From NCBI GenBank assembly GCA_051294905.1, contig CM119372.1:14758001-14822000 (forward strand): a stretch of 64,000 nt of DNA. The letters run 5' to 3'. This DNA comes from Botryllus schlosseri (taxonomy: Eukaryota). Below are positions 47,857-62,652 of the stretch, in pieces. The notes beneath the pieces are model-generated. The model ran no database searches. It saw only the letters and a list, made by a program, of their open reading frames with translations, and was not told the DNA's origin. The position numbers and the translations under genes are program-made. Position 1 is the first letter of the stretch. Each line of letters opens with the position of its first letter.

Positions 47857-49834
47857 CACTGCTGGATACGACTTACTAGGTCAGTTCCATAAACTATAAC
47901 CTTGCGCCAAAAATTTTATTGGGTGATTTGGGCTAATTTAAGGTTGCTGAATCCGATTCTGTGCTTAGAATTTTGGCATGTATTTTCTCATTTTCATAAA
48001 TTAATCAAATTTCGGCTTTCGACATTACGGTGAGCGTACAACAGCAACAGATCAAATATTGTTATTGAAATCATCTATAATGATGAAACCTGGGTTGTTG
48101 TAGAACAGCATAACTGAGTTTTCGGTAAACTTGAATCCAGTGGTTCTCTATCTTCTTTCGATTAGGGCCTATTTTAAACCCATAAATTCATATGTGGATC
48201 CAACTACTTTTAGTCGGTAGCAGTAATTATCTTTATACATACCACCCTTCGTTTAAAGGTTGTGTAGTAGCTCCGTACCTAATTTAGTTCCCTACGTTAT
48301 CTATCTTTATACATCTGTCCTGCAGATTTAATTGGCCAATGCATTTTATGACAGCACACTGCTATTTCCTAAAACGTAATACTTTGCATATAATAAAAAT
48401 TGTATTGTTGTTATATTATGTAGAAGAGAATTGTTCACTCCGGTACATGACCCAGATATGTGGCCCTTTAAGCTTGTTTTGAGACAGTAAAAGAAACAGG
48501 ATGTCTTTTTTTTTCAAAAGAAAAAAATGCTTATCATGATGACTTGAAATAATTTATCATCATTGATCTCCGCCTGCGCTTATCATGATAATTCTTCTTC
48601 CCCAGTTTCCATATACTGTCACATTTTATCGGAATCGAGGAAAGCTGTTTCTCTACTGTCTTTCTTTTGGTTTATTGATATGATATAAGGGGCTTCTTTT
48701 GCATTGTCTAATATAGACAACCAGATGAATATGGAGACTGCTTACTAACAGCTCAATACGAAACCTGAAGTGCGTGTTACTTCACAATAGAAACAAATAT
48801 ACATCTGACCTAGGATAGTAGATCCGTCTCAATATAGGAAATTATGTGGGTTACACCAAATACCATGTGTTATATGATGGAACAGAGCCAGAGGTGAATA
48901 TTGGTTAATTTCTAGTGATGTTTTTAAATGGTTTCAAGTATTTTTGTTAGTGTTTTGCATGATTAAACACCAGATCTAAATACAAAAAGCTTTACTTTTT
49001 TGGCGGTTTCTGATTTGCCGTTATGTTTTACTGTGAACTAGAGTTGCTCGAAGTGATCGGCCTTGCTACTTAAGTAGCACAAGTAACGCCTTACATTTCT
49101 ACTCAATTACAAGTAGAAGTAGTAATTTCCAAGACATGTTGAAAACTATTTCAAGTGGAAGACCAAATGAAAGGTCTGAGAGTTACCATAAAAGTCAATA
49201 AATATCTAAGTGGGTGGCTGTCTGATCTTCAAAACTACTCCTAGTCGTTTCGGGATCTTCCTATCATTCTTTGTATTGCAGTCTTGTGATGTTTTGAAGA
49301 AATGAAATTTTATGAATAAGCTTGAACTTGAAGCATATTTGGTCGGCGAGAGGGTGGTCGCATACTTTCAGCAGTTAGTCGGAGGTGGCTACATACGAAA
49401 TCGCAAGATGTATCTCGCAGCTAAGGCAAAATGACTATAATGACAACACCCATGGGTAGAATATTCGAAAACATTTATTCAGTTACCGTGATTCAGAGAC
49501 TATGTCACGCGTTTCTTATGAAATTTAACTCATGGTAGTGGTGCAACATTATCCCTGAACTTCTTTCTATTTTACAAAAAACCAAATTAGTTTATCCAGA
49601 ATACTGTTAAGGTAGATATTGAAGTATAGTTGTAAAACATTATCACATCAGTATGTACTGCAAGTAGCTAAAATCTACTTGAATACCTCGAAAAAGTATA
49701 AATATTCAACATATATAATATCTCAAAAACATGAAGTGACAGAGAAAAAATAACGTCAGATTCGTATTCAGCTCCCCCAAATTAGGTATAATTGACCCAA
49801 AAAAGTCCTGGCCCAAAAATCGTGTAGACCAGTG
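47857..49834. mobile_element. Old Chapaev3-like non-autonomous element; diverged second copy at ~56442-60280
   Basis: Ends in GACCAGTG followed by TAA, as at 23397. Blocks shared with 56442-60280, e.g. ACAACAGCAACAGATCAAATATTGTTATT, ATCGGAATCGAG.AAAGCTGTTTCT, ATTCAGC.CCCCCAAATTAGGTA. Left boundary approximate. Confidence 0.55.
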
Positions 49835-51386
49835 TAATCGAAGGAAAACATGCGTAATTGCGTATAGAGAAGGCTACGTCACGTTCTCGCCTGCTTCTGG
49901 CTATACACAGTATACGCTGGTTATATGAATCGGAAGGTGGTGATGTGGAGCAAAAATAAACTTTCAATGAACTGATCAATGTGATCATTTATCCCGAAGC
50001 TGAACTTGGCAGCCCTAAAGCTGACCTTCGTAGGGCATGATTGGTATCGTAGTGCAAAATCTAGCATTACGCTACCCCGATGCAATCGATTGCGTTGATG
50101 ATGTATTAAATCTCGGGTTACAATTCCGTCGAAGCAGTAAGCATGAATTATCGCGACTATTTTTCGTGCACGCTTACGCTGCAACAGGAGCTAGTTGTGC
50201 ATTCCACATCAGGCGCCCGGTGCGTGACAAAGATAAAATCGACACCCAGTGTATAACAACAGACAGTAGTTATGTAATCCTCGTTACTGACGCCAAGTCG
50301 GAAATCGGCAAGAGTTCACCCGACAATCTGCAGTTTCCAGATTATGTAACTTTTTCAAAAAAAGATGTTGGACTTCATTCTTCATAGACATAAGGATTAA
50401 AGTCATTTTGCTTTTGCATCTTACGACACATAACTAGGAGAATTTGACACGTCTCACAAAATGCAACCGTCACCACATCTTATTCATCACAAACAATCAA
50501 TGCTTGGTGAAGACTATAATCTTGATGTTTTGTGATAATTGCATCATTAGGTAACTGAAGCTAGGTTCTATTTACGTTGGCCGTATGATATAATTGCATA
50601 TATAGCCAGTGCTGCCATATCATACAGTTTTGATAAGATTTGTACTTATTTTGAAGTGCAATGTCTTGGAAAAACTACTTGTCCTTATTTCAAATACATG
50701 TCCTTATGTTCACTCGAGTCTTTACTTGGTATTATTTGACAAATTACAAAACCTCCTTTGATATGATATTTATTTGTAGCCCATCACGGTAATTCGACTG
50801 CTTTTTAGACAGGATATGACAAGGATTATTGAGTCGTGAACTAATTTAGGATTGTCTCAGGCCAATATCCGGTAATATGTGGGCTCGGTACATCGACAGG
50901 CTAATCTAATGGATAGAAAATATTTTCCAATGGGAAACAATTCAATAAGTTGTGGCCCAATAGCAGACCGTGAGCAATTGAACACAGTGGATTTCAAGAG
51001 GCATCTGAACCGCGATCGTCGTCGCAGCGGTCTGCAATGCTGCGATCTAACGAGATGTTTTCGTATTTTTCACATATTCGTGAATGAATCATCATGACGG
51101 TCGGTGCAAATGGTACACACAGAATTCGCTGTGAGATTCTGTAATTGCTGGCGTTACATAAGATACATCATTAAGTGTTACATAATTATTCTGGATTGTA
51201 CTCCCAGGTAGTTTTGTTAATCATAGAATAAGACGGACTATAAACCTTACTGCGCCAGTCCGATGTTAACTAAATACCGCATTCGCGGAACACTGTGAAT
51301 TAACAGCGGATCCTACTTTCCAACTTTGCCGGTACTTTGTATAACAGTTCACATTTTTTGCCACCACAATCAGGGGTCATGGGCAG

Positions 51387-51863
51387 TAGGGCTGTTCAAA
51401 AATAACTGTATGCTTCGGATTCCAGCCATTCTCTGATTAAATTGTCAGGTTACCCTAAGAATGCTGCACACCAAATTTGGTTCAATTCTAACAAGTATCA
51501 GCCGCCGCAGAGCCAATTAAAACTTTTAATTTATTTAATTTAAATATCCTTGATTGGTGGATAATCCGAGAATTATCAACGAAAAACTTGAATAACTCGA
51601 CTTCTGCTAGTTGGAATTGAGTCAAATTTATTTTGCATCGTTTTTGAAGACACCTCAACAATATCATGGGGTTGACAGAAAAATTTGGAATTTTTTTTGA
51701 AAATTTTTCTCAATAAATTGAAACTTCAATTTAGCCTTGCGCCGGCTTATATTTGTTGGAATTGAACCAAATTTGGGTGCAGCGTTTTATTAGGGTAACC
51801 TGACAATTTAATGAGTGAATGGCTACAATCCGGGAAAAAATAAGTTATTTTTGAACAGCCCTA
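51387..51863. mobile_element. MITE with long TIRs; truncated relative at ~59460-59847
   Basis: TAGGGCTGTTCAAAAATAACT/AGTTATTTTTGAACAGCCCTA, with further inverted similarity inside. Confidence 0.8.
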
Positions 51864-53117
51864 ATGCGCAGGCTGTTATTCCGGTAGCGTTTCGGTATCC
51901 CGTTGGCACCGTGATGACCACCTGCACCTCTAGTATCTTCAATTCGTATTTACAAATTTGTATTCAGAGATGGTCAAATGAGTAGTCAAGAAAACTATTC
52001 AGGTAGAAGTAGAAGTAGCGACCTAAAATCCTACTCAAGTACCAGTAATTATATTACATTTAGCAGCGGCCCAAAACTACATCAAGTAGAAGTAGAATTT
52101 GCTTACTGGCTGTCAAAAGCTGGAAACTGACATATCCGGACGATGTAGAGAAGCATTATATGGCCCTGAGATGAGCGACAACTAACGGTGTATCTGATAC
52201 TGCATTAACACTTTCATAAAAACATATTGTTCCCTTCATAATCTACATATTTTTCACGCGAAGCACGACGCAGATTCCGGTCTTTACCTAACTTTTATGA
52301 AATCTAGCAGAATTACCAGTAAAGTAAAGTCACAGTGAGAAGGATCGGAATATTATTGCACCATCTTTCCTCTGCACCCCATTCACAGGAGTGTTGAGAG
52401 CCACTTCATAATTTTGAAGAACAAAAAAAAAAGATTCGAGTTTGCTTGCCTGTCATATTCATCAAAGGCCAGAAGTACTTATTCGTTGTAGATTGCAATC
52501 ATTTTGAAGTATCATAGTTTTATATATATTTGCATCAATCTATAGGAGTGTAACCGTCATGTAAAAAAAGCGACTGTATTATAATCACGGAACGCAGTTT
52601 CGAAATGAAACTATCACTATGGTCCTTCTGCACTTGTCACCGAGAAGTATTTGGAATGGATATGCAGCGACATTGTATCCGTGGTCTTGTCCGTACATCA
52701 AATATAATTTTTGTGTTGCATAAGAGTACAAGACCTAGCGTAAGAAGATTGTGGTAGCCATATGATATCGATGGATACAGTGATAACTTCTTCCGTATCG
52801 CCATGTGAGATCTTCGTGGTATTTCGTAAAGAATTTTCTCGATTCCGCCTAACCGCCAGTTGACATCTCCTCGGGCGTTGTATTACACTTTGCTAAATTC
52901 GATCGCAAATAGAAGAGGTGACAGTGCAGTTTATCATTATATGCTTATGGTTAGTTTATTATACCTTTTACAGATAAGGTTTCGTGCGCACCTCCACCGT
53001 ACACCATTTCGGAATCTGACTGGGTCTTGGCGCGTAACACTTTTTTTTTCTCCAACACGACTGTGAAATAAAAATAGGAGCATCGGAAAATTGCTGCGAT
53101 CAAGAAAATACACTTAC

Positions 53118-56100
53118 CGTAACCCAAAACGACGAGAATTAGCATGCCTATTTGGAGGTATATTTTGGTGCTAACGCAAAGACTTGTACTCCACGCAAAG
53201 GGAAGGCCAATTCCAATGAAGTAGAAAGATAAATTGATAGCCGATCCGATTTCAATTTGATCCGATGAAATCGACAATTGCAACACTATAGTGAAGAGTT
53301 AACAAATTCAAAATATGTCAACAAAATTCGCTACATCCTCTAGGCATATAATCCGCGCGGTACAATTATATAGTATGTTCCGATAAGCAACACTGCGAAC
53401 GAACGAAATCATCGTTTCGATCATACCGAAGTAACATATTACGCCAAGTGCAAGTGCTTTGGTAATCATAACCAATTCAAGTTGCAGCACAGGCCAGAAT
53501 ATAGAAGATGATAAATCAATCATGCATATGCAAACATAAAATTATGTCAGTGAAATAACTGTTATATTGACATAAACCAGTGGTTCCTTACCATGGGTCG
53601 CAACCCAAATGCGGAGAAGCACCCGCCAGCCATGTGTGCTCTATTTCTAGTCAAGCGTGAGTCGAATTGACAGTTAATATTGCTGAGAATACACAAGCAT
53701 CCGAAATTCCATAAGGCTATGGATGCTTCCGTATTGTCGTGTACAAAGAAAACAAGGTTTCTACATTTGATATGGGGTATATACACCACATCAGTATCAA
53801 TGTGTGAACGAGACCTGTCTTCCACTTAGCTGGATGATTTGCGGGAGGTCCGTCGATCCATGCCAAGTCGGGAAGAACAGCTCACTGAGAACTTATTTTA
53901 ATAGAGTTCAATTCATATTTACTATCGTAGTATTCTGGATGTGTTCGTGATTGGCATGCTAAAGGACCTACCAACAATTGAAGCAGCCATTGTGAAGGGG
54001 TTATAGTGTTCTTTCGGGACATAACTCTCTGACCTCACAGTCATTAAAACGAAGACGCGAAACCGCGGGCAATCAGAGGTACGTAATTCACCCTCTCCAC
54101 CACCAAGCCAAGATATCAACAACGGTACGACGACGAATCGTTGCATTATCGTGCGCAATTGCGCCTTAGAAAAACAACAGAAGTTTCGACGGGTGATAGC
54201 TGTTTCTGTTTCATTTGTTTTTTTTTAAATGCATACAGCATTAAAGCGTTATCTTGAGAAAATGCTGAAGTGGTTGTTTTATGCGTGAAAGGTTTCAAGT
54301 TCGCTCATTATTATTAAACGTCACAATAGTTGGTCGCCACGGTTCTTGAGGATGCAATTTTGGGTTGCGACAGAACAAGGTCCAGAACCACTGACATTTA
54401 TACATATAAACTTGGCTTAGCGAAGGCATTGTCTTAAAACAGTGTACCGGCTATTGCACGGGTCCAATGGCCTATCTAGATATGGGATGCAAGCCAATGA
54501 TTTTCAAAGAAGCAACTTTTTAACATGGTTCGAAATAAAGCTTCACAGTCAGCGTTAATGTTGGTGTGCGACTAATTGAAATTTGTAAGTAATTCACAAC
54601 GGCATCTTATCGCCATATTCGTCACTGTGGACGTGTAAGCATGTTAAAACCGCAATCACATAAGTCAGAATGGATTAAACCAGGAGTGTCAAACTCAAAT
54701 GTTCTCGCGGGCCGATTTCCTAGTTTTTGATGACGCCGCGGGCCGCAGCATCAAATATGGGTATTATATGTATTCCAAGTAGGCCTTATTTGACGGACCT
54801 TGCAGACTGGCATTCCATACTCATCGTGGAAATGCGATTTACTATTATAAAATTTACGCTTGCCAAAAAAAGTTGTATTTTTAAATATTTGAATAAAATC
54901 GTTGTTGTAGGTTACTTGGCACAATTTGTTAGTTAGTTGTTAGTTAGTGGCATTATTGGTCATTTTGGGTCTCTTTATCTATGATATTATCGCCAATTAA
55001 AGGTGAATATGGGTACGCTCCACAGCTGTAACTCCAATGGATTCTTCGGCGATTGGACATTTATATTACAATGACACAATTATTATATTTAAGTTGTTAT
55101 TGATCTATTTCAGTATTCGAATGCTGATTTAATTTGGCTTTGACAATGACATGATCAGTAGCCTACTTACAAAGAGTATGCCCTGTGTTACAGATGTGGA
55201 GCGTACCCCTACTCACCTTTAATTGGCAACCCAAAATTACTCATGATGTAACTAATCATACATCAAGGCTGGGGCAACAGTGTGCCAATGGTTGCCACTC
55301 CGACCTGCTTAGATAGCTTAACACTACGCGACGCAATATACACTCAGGTGATTTTTATTTATCAACCAGTCAGTCCGAGTTCGAGTTCGAGTAATTATAC
55401 GAAAGGTCAATCATCAACGGGTCATGTTTTATCATCATGATCAGGTAATGTGACGTAAATAGCTGATATTCACTGCATGGTAGCTTTTGAAAGGGGTGTG
55501 ATAACGAAATTTGATGAGTAGCTTCAGGTTTTGGAGTAGTTTTAGAGTGAATTATCAGTTCTCAAATCATAAATAAGATATGTGTCAGTTAAATATTGTC
55601 GCATGCTTGAAAATCCAAAATGCCGACGCGGGTCGCACAAAATGTTCTCGCGGGCCGCGTGTTTGAGACCCCTGAATTAAACGATGCTGTACTGTACAAT
55701 CGATTGAAGTATATGACTTTTCCTGTACGTACTTATTTCATTACCTTGTGATAAGGGAAGCCAAACTCCTTGAGTCAATCCGAATAATATATATGCACCA
55801 ATAACAAATGTCTGATTTCTGTTATTAGTTGGCAAGAGTTGACAATACACAAGTGTGCCGATGTCCAGAACTGTAGCAGCGAAAAAGAAGACAAAGCGCG
55901 GAGTTTTTCCACTGACTGCTCCGACGAAGTATGATGAAAAACTTGCGGCTATGCCAAACAACAGATAATGCACTGGAACCTGTAAATCATTCGGAAATAT
56001 TCATATGTAGAATTGGAGCTGCGGCCATTCTAAGATCGTAACTGAGTTTTCGATATCAATAGGTCCCAAATGCACATGCGCATGTTGAACCTGACTTTGC

Positions 56101-59100
56101 AGTAACAGTTAGCAAGCACAATGCAAAGAAAAACATTAATAAGGTCGGAAAAGTATAGAGGTCATTTTAGGGCAGTCGGTGATTAATTGCTTAGTTAGAC
56201 TTATAGACAAAACTGTGTAACAACGTACCGTTGGATAAACGGAGCTGCTGACGGTAATGCATACGATCGGCGCGTTATTTGAAAGTCAGGCATATATTAC
56301 ATGCTGGCGATGGCAATAGCGAATAACATAGGTCTCATTAAAACGATACCAGTTTATGCCACGCACGAGAGATAAGCCTACAAATGTTTCAAATTCAAAT
56401 CCTGTTGTCGATTAGAGTTACAATATATGTTCTATCCATAACACCGGTCTGCCGAAACAGAAAAAATTGTTTGCGACAGGAGCTTTGATGATTTATTTGG
56501 GCTAAGTGTCGTTTGCTGAATCCAATTTTGAGCTCAGAATTGCACCATCACGTCAGGTTTTTCCGCTGTACACTTTGCAAAATTTTATAAATTGATCAAA
56601 ATTTTTGCTTTCGTCTAGTGACGGTAATACGGTGAGCATACAACAGCAACAGATCAAATATTGTTATTCAAATCGCCCACGATGTAGCCTCGACTGAAAG
56701 TTTTGTCGTAGCACGGAATGAGAGAGTTTTCGGTAAACTTTAATCCACTTTCTTCTTATTTCGAATACATGTGGACGCATTAATTTTTCTTTTGGTAGAT
56801 CATTCATTGCCTAGTTACATCGTGTAATCGTTGCATTATACATTTTCATTCGCTCAAGACATACGTGGTCTGTACATCGCGTTCGGTAGCTCATTACTTA
56901 GTAACAACATTTATCTTTATATATCTGCAGACGTAATCTGCTAATGCTTTTTGCGACCGTACCCTAAACTTTAGTATAACGTCTACGTTGTCAACGATGA
57001 ACATAACATTGTTTGTAATAGGTTACCATATTTTTGTGGCACAACTGCTGGACGCTCTTTTGCGCCCACTAGCGGAGTTCAAAATGAGGCATTAGCACAT
57101 TGTCGATAAATATGACGTCACACCAGCAAAGCTTTGTCTATCGACTGGAGGTGGTCACGATCCGGTTCAGGAGTATGTGGCTGTGCGTTTTAAGTTGTAA
57201 CCAGGGCCGAAGTCATATTTTTTCAGCCCCTTCCGCCCAAATATACGCTGATCTTAGCTCACCATAGGGTAATCGATGCAACTTATGGTATATGCTATAT
57301 GAATCTGGCTTTTATATGCATCTGGTCGTTAAAGGATTTGATTGAATTATGTCAATAATATTGGTCCTTCCATATATTACTATATAATTTTGATCCTCTC
57401 TCCGCCCACGTGACCAGAGTTAGCGGTAGAGCTGGTGGAGGATGATGACTTCGAAAATGAAGGGAACATAATTGTACATCGTTAAGTCATGTTCACACAG
57501 ATAATATTATTTATCAGCCCAATGCCGGTGCGCACTGCACCACTGAGATATATAAACACCGCACATCCGGTGGTTTCCAACCTTCCATGGTCGTGACTCC
57601 ATTTCCAATTCGCAAAATGTTCCGTGGCCCAGCTCAAAATTTGATGAGCTAATTACTAATTAAAGGTCGGCACATTTGCCTGGACTTACTCACGGTCTAT
57701 TTTGGAAGTTGATTACGTTCAACATCTTTGCGAACCCCAGAATAAAGGCAAACTGCCCCCACGTTTAGAACCACGATATTTGAATAAAGCATCCAAACGG
57801 CCTAAACAGACTCTATGAATATACCGTCATCTTGTAATTGCGATTACAATTGGACTTATTTTTGTAAATGAATGTTATTTCTATTTGTTTTGATCACAGT
57901 TTTTCCGAGTGTGGTAGTCCCCATATTGAAACCAATATATAAGACACTACATCGCGCGCAGCGCGAAAAAAAATTCATGTATAGCATAAATCTGCCCGAA
58001 AATAATTTTGTTTATGTTGATTTACAAAAAAATTACGGGCCTACTTCAAGCCTTCAAAATTCCGGACATTTAGGTATATTTTATAAAATCCTCCCAGACG
58101 CAGTTTTAGCAGTGAAATTCCGGACATGTCCGGGAAATTCCGGACGTATGGCAACCCTACAATAATGCAACATAAAATTGTGCGCTTTGGCAAATTTGCC
58201 ATCATGAATGCTTTCTCTGAAACATTAAAAGACACATGATAAGAATCCGTATTCGAAGAGCCGAACTGCTTATCGCGCATATCATGTTAATTTTCCACCT
58301 GCCTCGATGTACTATATATTTCATCGGAATCGAGAAAAGCTGTTTCTGGGCTTATTTTTATTCTAACTAAATGATCCTTGGTTTATTGCCATGATATTTA
58401 AGGTCTTATTTTGAAGCCAGATGTCAATCAGCTGAGAGGAGACTGTTTAGTGCAGTGGTTCTCAACCGGGGGTCCGCGAAGCATTTTCAGGGGGTCCGCG
58501 AAACCTCCAATGGTTGATAAGCTAATTTGTATTGTTTTTAAATTCGGAAAATCATGACGCAGTTTCGCTTCATTACTAGTAAAACTCCAGAACTCACATT
58601 AACAGAATGACAGTCTGAGAGGAAATATCCTACTGTGCTGACTCATTTTAATTGCTAAATTGCCAATAATAGCCTACGGACACAAACATTTTCCTGTTTA
58701 GAGATGTTTTGTTAGGGATTGTGGAAAAAAAGTTGGATGAGTAAGGTCAATCACGGTTTCTTCGAAATGTTTACAAAAATCCATTTTCTCCTGTGATATA
58801 TATAACCATTTTTCCATAATAACTTCAAGATAAGTTGCTGGATAGAAATGACCAGGCTTGACGTTATATATTCATTCAAAAAAAAAATTGTCAATTTTGG
58901 TCCCATATTTTTACGATCATACCCAAATGAGTCGTCGGAAGCGTTACGCGTTATTATTACATACGCCACCATCTATATTTGTGGAAATGGATTTTCGGCA
59001 CTCGTTAGTATCCTATCGAAGGCGCGGATTTTCGAGACACGACCACGTATTTCAAGAAATTTGCCTTGAAGTAATAAAAGTCAACCCAATTTCTGCATAG

Positions 59101-62100
59101 ATAGTATGATCTTATTTTCACGAACAATCAATTTGTTGCTGTTTATCATTAAGCCTACAGTTATCATTTGTGCAAGACAGATCGCGATTGTACGATAATT
59201 GAGCTAAACTTGACCTAAAACTTTGCGGTGGTCTGCGGGGGTCCGTGACGACAAAAAGGTTGAGAACCACTGGTTTAGTGTTTATAGACACAGACAGCTC
59301 GAAACGAAATCTGAAGTGCGTGTGACTCACGATGGAAATAAGTTGTATCGATTTCAGTAGGACATTCTGTGACACTCATATAGATACGTATGTAAACATA
59401 AAGATGTGCTGGTGGAAACACTGAAGTACAGTGGCCATAGCCGGGGTTTATGTGTAGACATAAAATTTGACTCAATTCCAAGCCGTAGAAGCGGAGTTAT
59501 TTCAGTTTTTCTTTGATAATTCTAAGATTATCCACCGATCAAGGATAATCCTAGAATTATAAAAGAAAAACTGAAATAACTCCGCTTCTACGGCTTGGAA
59601 TTGAGTCAAATTTGTTTTGCATAGTTTTTGAAGACAGCCCAACAATTTCATGGGGTTGGCAGCAAAATTTGAAAAAAAAATTTTTTTGCATTTTTGGGCA
59701 AATTCAAAATTTTCAAACTGTACGAAACCTGCGAATATTGGTCGGAATGAATTCAAATTTGGTGTGCGTTGTTTTTTAAGGCAACCTAACGATTTAATCA
59801 AGTAGCCAGCAAGATTCAGGAAAAAAAGTTATTTTTGAACAGCCCTAATGTGGGGTTATAATGGTGGTTAATTACATGTCCTTACGCACCAGACCACTTC
59901 GTAATAATATATCCACTAAATTAGATTGATCGGGTGTTTGTGTATTGGATGATTAAATTTCCCAACAATTCTGATTGAAACAACCTTTGCATTTCAAGGC
60001 GGCTTCTGATTCGCAGTATTTTTTTATAACGAGTATATATGTGGAGGCAGTATAAAACATAATCATTAATCAATTGAGTAAGTACTGCAAGTATGCGAAA
60101 CTTATTTGAGCAATCCGAAAATAGTAGATGTTCTCATTGACCACCACTGTATAATGAGCATATATATTTATATATTATCCCGGAAACGAGATGTGATATA
60201 AAGCGATCTTCGGATTCAGCACCCCCAAATTAGGTAAAAATTACCCAAACACAATCTACCACTAAAACCGTATTGATCATATTAATCCATTTATCTCGTG
60301 ATCAAGCCCAAATTCATATCCATCAAGCCAGTACATTATCAACACTGAAACGTAGAATGACAATTCAGGATCATTCGGAATTTTATGAAATTCTACCAAA
60401 TAGAAAGCAGGTTTTGCAGAAATCGAAAATCCGAATCAGACACTAATTTTTTGATTCCGTTTGTCCAGTCCAACTTCAAATCCCCGCTACAGACACCTCT
60501 GTACACGCAGGCTTCACGCTATATGTGGTATATAATAGGCCTACTACACACTGCTGTCAGTACGTGACCTATATGTGCCTTGGTCGTTCTACGAACGCAG
60601 AGAATATGTTCTGAAAAATGTAATTACAACACCTTATCAATAGTACTTACCCAAGACACTCCAAACATACATGACGTATAAGACCGTGTCATTTCTGATG
60701 TGACAAACCCGTAAGTCATTCCAGCATATAGGTGCATAGGTATAACTAGCAATTGGTTGAGCGTACAAATTTTACGAATTGTCGCTTTGGCTGATGATAA
60801 TACAAATGCGCAGCCCACACCTTTCTGAAGAAATTTAGCGCTGTAAAAGAGAACTCGCGGAAGGACTGTATTTACTTGTATCCTATGATGCCTTGCGACT
60901 GATTCCAGTGCACGTTTTCGATTATAGGAAGTCCCCTTCATTAGACTACATTCCGTGGTCGGCTCGTATTCATCCTTCGAGCATTCCTGCATTTCTTCTG
61001 ATATTCCAAAAACTGCCAACTTCCCGGGTATGAAGATGACATGGATAACGATCCCCACAACGCAGAGGAGAGTTAAACATATTAGCAGAATTCTCACTGA
61101 CCATACACCTATTGGCACATATCGATTGATCATGACGTCAATTACTTCGCTATCGTAGCAGTCGTTGCTTCCACAGTATTTGAATGTGGAGTTTTCGGCA
61201 ATGGCGCTGCTCATATTTTTGTGACCTTGAAGGTCGCCACGGTGAGATCCGTACAATGCGACATATGTGATGGCATTTCCGGCAGTCTGAAAATCAGGAT
61301 ATACGGCATATTAGGTCTCATGCGATTCCGAACAGTGTGATGTAGGCCTACCGAATTTCTTTCTATACGGAAGTCATACCGCGCATGGTAAACGAAGGAA
61401 ATGGATCATATCGTAATCTATAACGGATGGCAGTATACTTTGCGTAGATTAGGAATTTGCGCTTATACCTTTGACATTTGGAAAACTCCAAAGAAATAGC
61501 TTTGAAACATTGCCTTGTAATGGTTGTCATTGTAGTTGCCTCGAAGTACCGAGTAAACATCAGCAAAATAACTGTTCATAACTGGCATGCACGTCCACAG
61601 CATAACATCTCCAAATCCAACCAATACGGACGCTGGCAGGAGTGTGTACCATTCTGAAGAAAAACCATATGGGGCGTCCAATTCAAGAGTGTATGAACCC
61701 TGACGATACATGAGTCAGTCAAAATCCAATATTGCGTTAAGTTCCTGCTAATAAAGTGGAATTCATAGGCATTGGATCACGGTATTGTTAGATAGAGAAT
61801 CGCCTATTCAGCATGGTGTGCATTTAGCTGGGTAACTGCTTAAAAAGCAATAGAATTACAGTATATTACACTGAGCGTTTTGAAATGTCGAATATGCTGA
61901 AGCAATATATTTTAGAACTTTACATAAAGTACATCCTAGTCATAAGCAGACTTGGACAACTAGAAAATTTTCAGCTTTTCCAAATTAGATTAGAATTAGA
62001 ATTAGATTACTGGCATTTCGCTCTAATTTAGTGAAAGTAGACAACTAGAATTATCTAGTTGTCCAAGTCGGGTCATAAGTAGCATTGTATACACCTATAA

Positions 62101-62652
62101 TATACATTTCTATTCAACTGTTGTCCATAATATTATAAAGAGCATACTCTGTGAAGCGTGCAAGGTCTCCGTTGACCATATACCAAAACTTACTATTAAT
62201 AGTAATAATAGTATTACTAATAATTAATAATAGAATTATAGGATAAAAATCCAGCTCGGGCTGCGTCTCGCTTTCTCTTACTTGCATGGAGGTTAATTGC
62301 AAGAAAAATAAAATGTCCGAGTTCACCGCACCAAACGCACGTTTTCGCTCCATATCGCCGAATAAGTAACGGTAAGAAGAAAAGTGATAAAGTAGCTCCA
62401 GATAGATATATACATGCGACAGCACCTGTTCCTGCAAAATAGGGTCATTCAATTCTTTCCAAGGAGGGCGGTGCGTGTCCAGTCCATGCAGGTCACCATT
62501 CCACCAGACTTACCTAAGCCTTCTTCTACGTTTATACTGGATTGAAGACTCAGGAGAGATCCATAGGAAGAATAGACAAAGAATACTCCAACTGCCCACA
62601 GATAAAATCTTCTCCACAGAGTCTTCGTACTCGAACGCTTTTCCGATGTCAT
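53118..62652 (-). CDS. UNC93-like major facilitator superfamily membrane protein, spliced; last exon not located
   Basis: Exons 62652-62514 (LLSLQSSINVEEGLG), 62431-62282 (LFFLPLLIRRYGAK), 61653-61469 (WYTLLPASVLVGFGDVMLW), 61286-60651 (YCGSNDC...TRSYTSCMFG), 55979-55745, 53285-53118 (FAWSTSLCVSTKIY). All GT-AG and phase-compatible; motifs typical of the UNC93A family. Confidence 0.85.
53578..54393. mobile_element. hAT MITE in UNC93-like intron
   Basis: CAGTGGTTCC...AGAACCACTG ends with GGGTCGC/GGGTTGCGAC subterminal motifs. Confidence 0.6.
54681..55674. mobile_element. hAT MITE
   Basis: CAGGAGTGTCAAAC/GTTTGAGACCCCTG; TSD GATTAAAC/AATTAAAC. Confidence 0.75.
58453..59272 (+). mobile_element. 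Internally deleted hAT element retaining a decayed C-terminal dimerisation-domain fragment
   Basis: TIR CAGTGGTTCTCAACC/GGTTGAGAACCACTG; TSD GTTTAGTG; ORF 58848..59069 YPNESSEALRVIITYATIYICGNGFSAL resembles YP...AL...TTYLCExGFS. Confidence 0.85.
61951..62072. mobile_element. Tiny MITE with AATTAG repeats
   Basis: GACTTGGACAACTAG/CTAGTTGTCCAAGTC inverted ends; GTCATAAG on both flanks. Confidence 0.65.
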
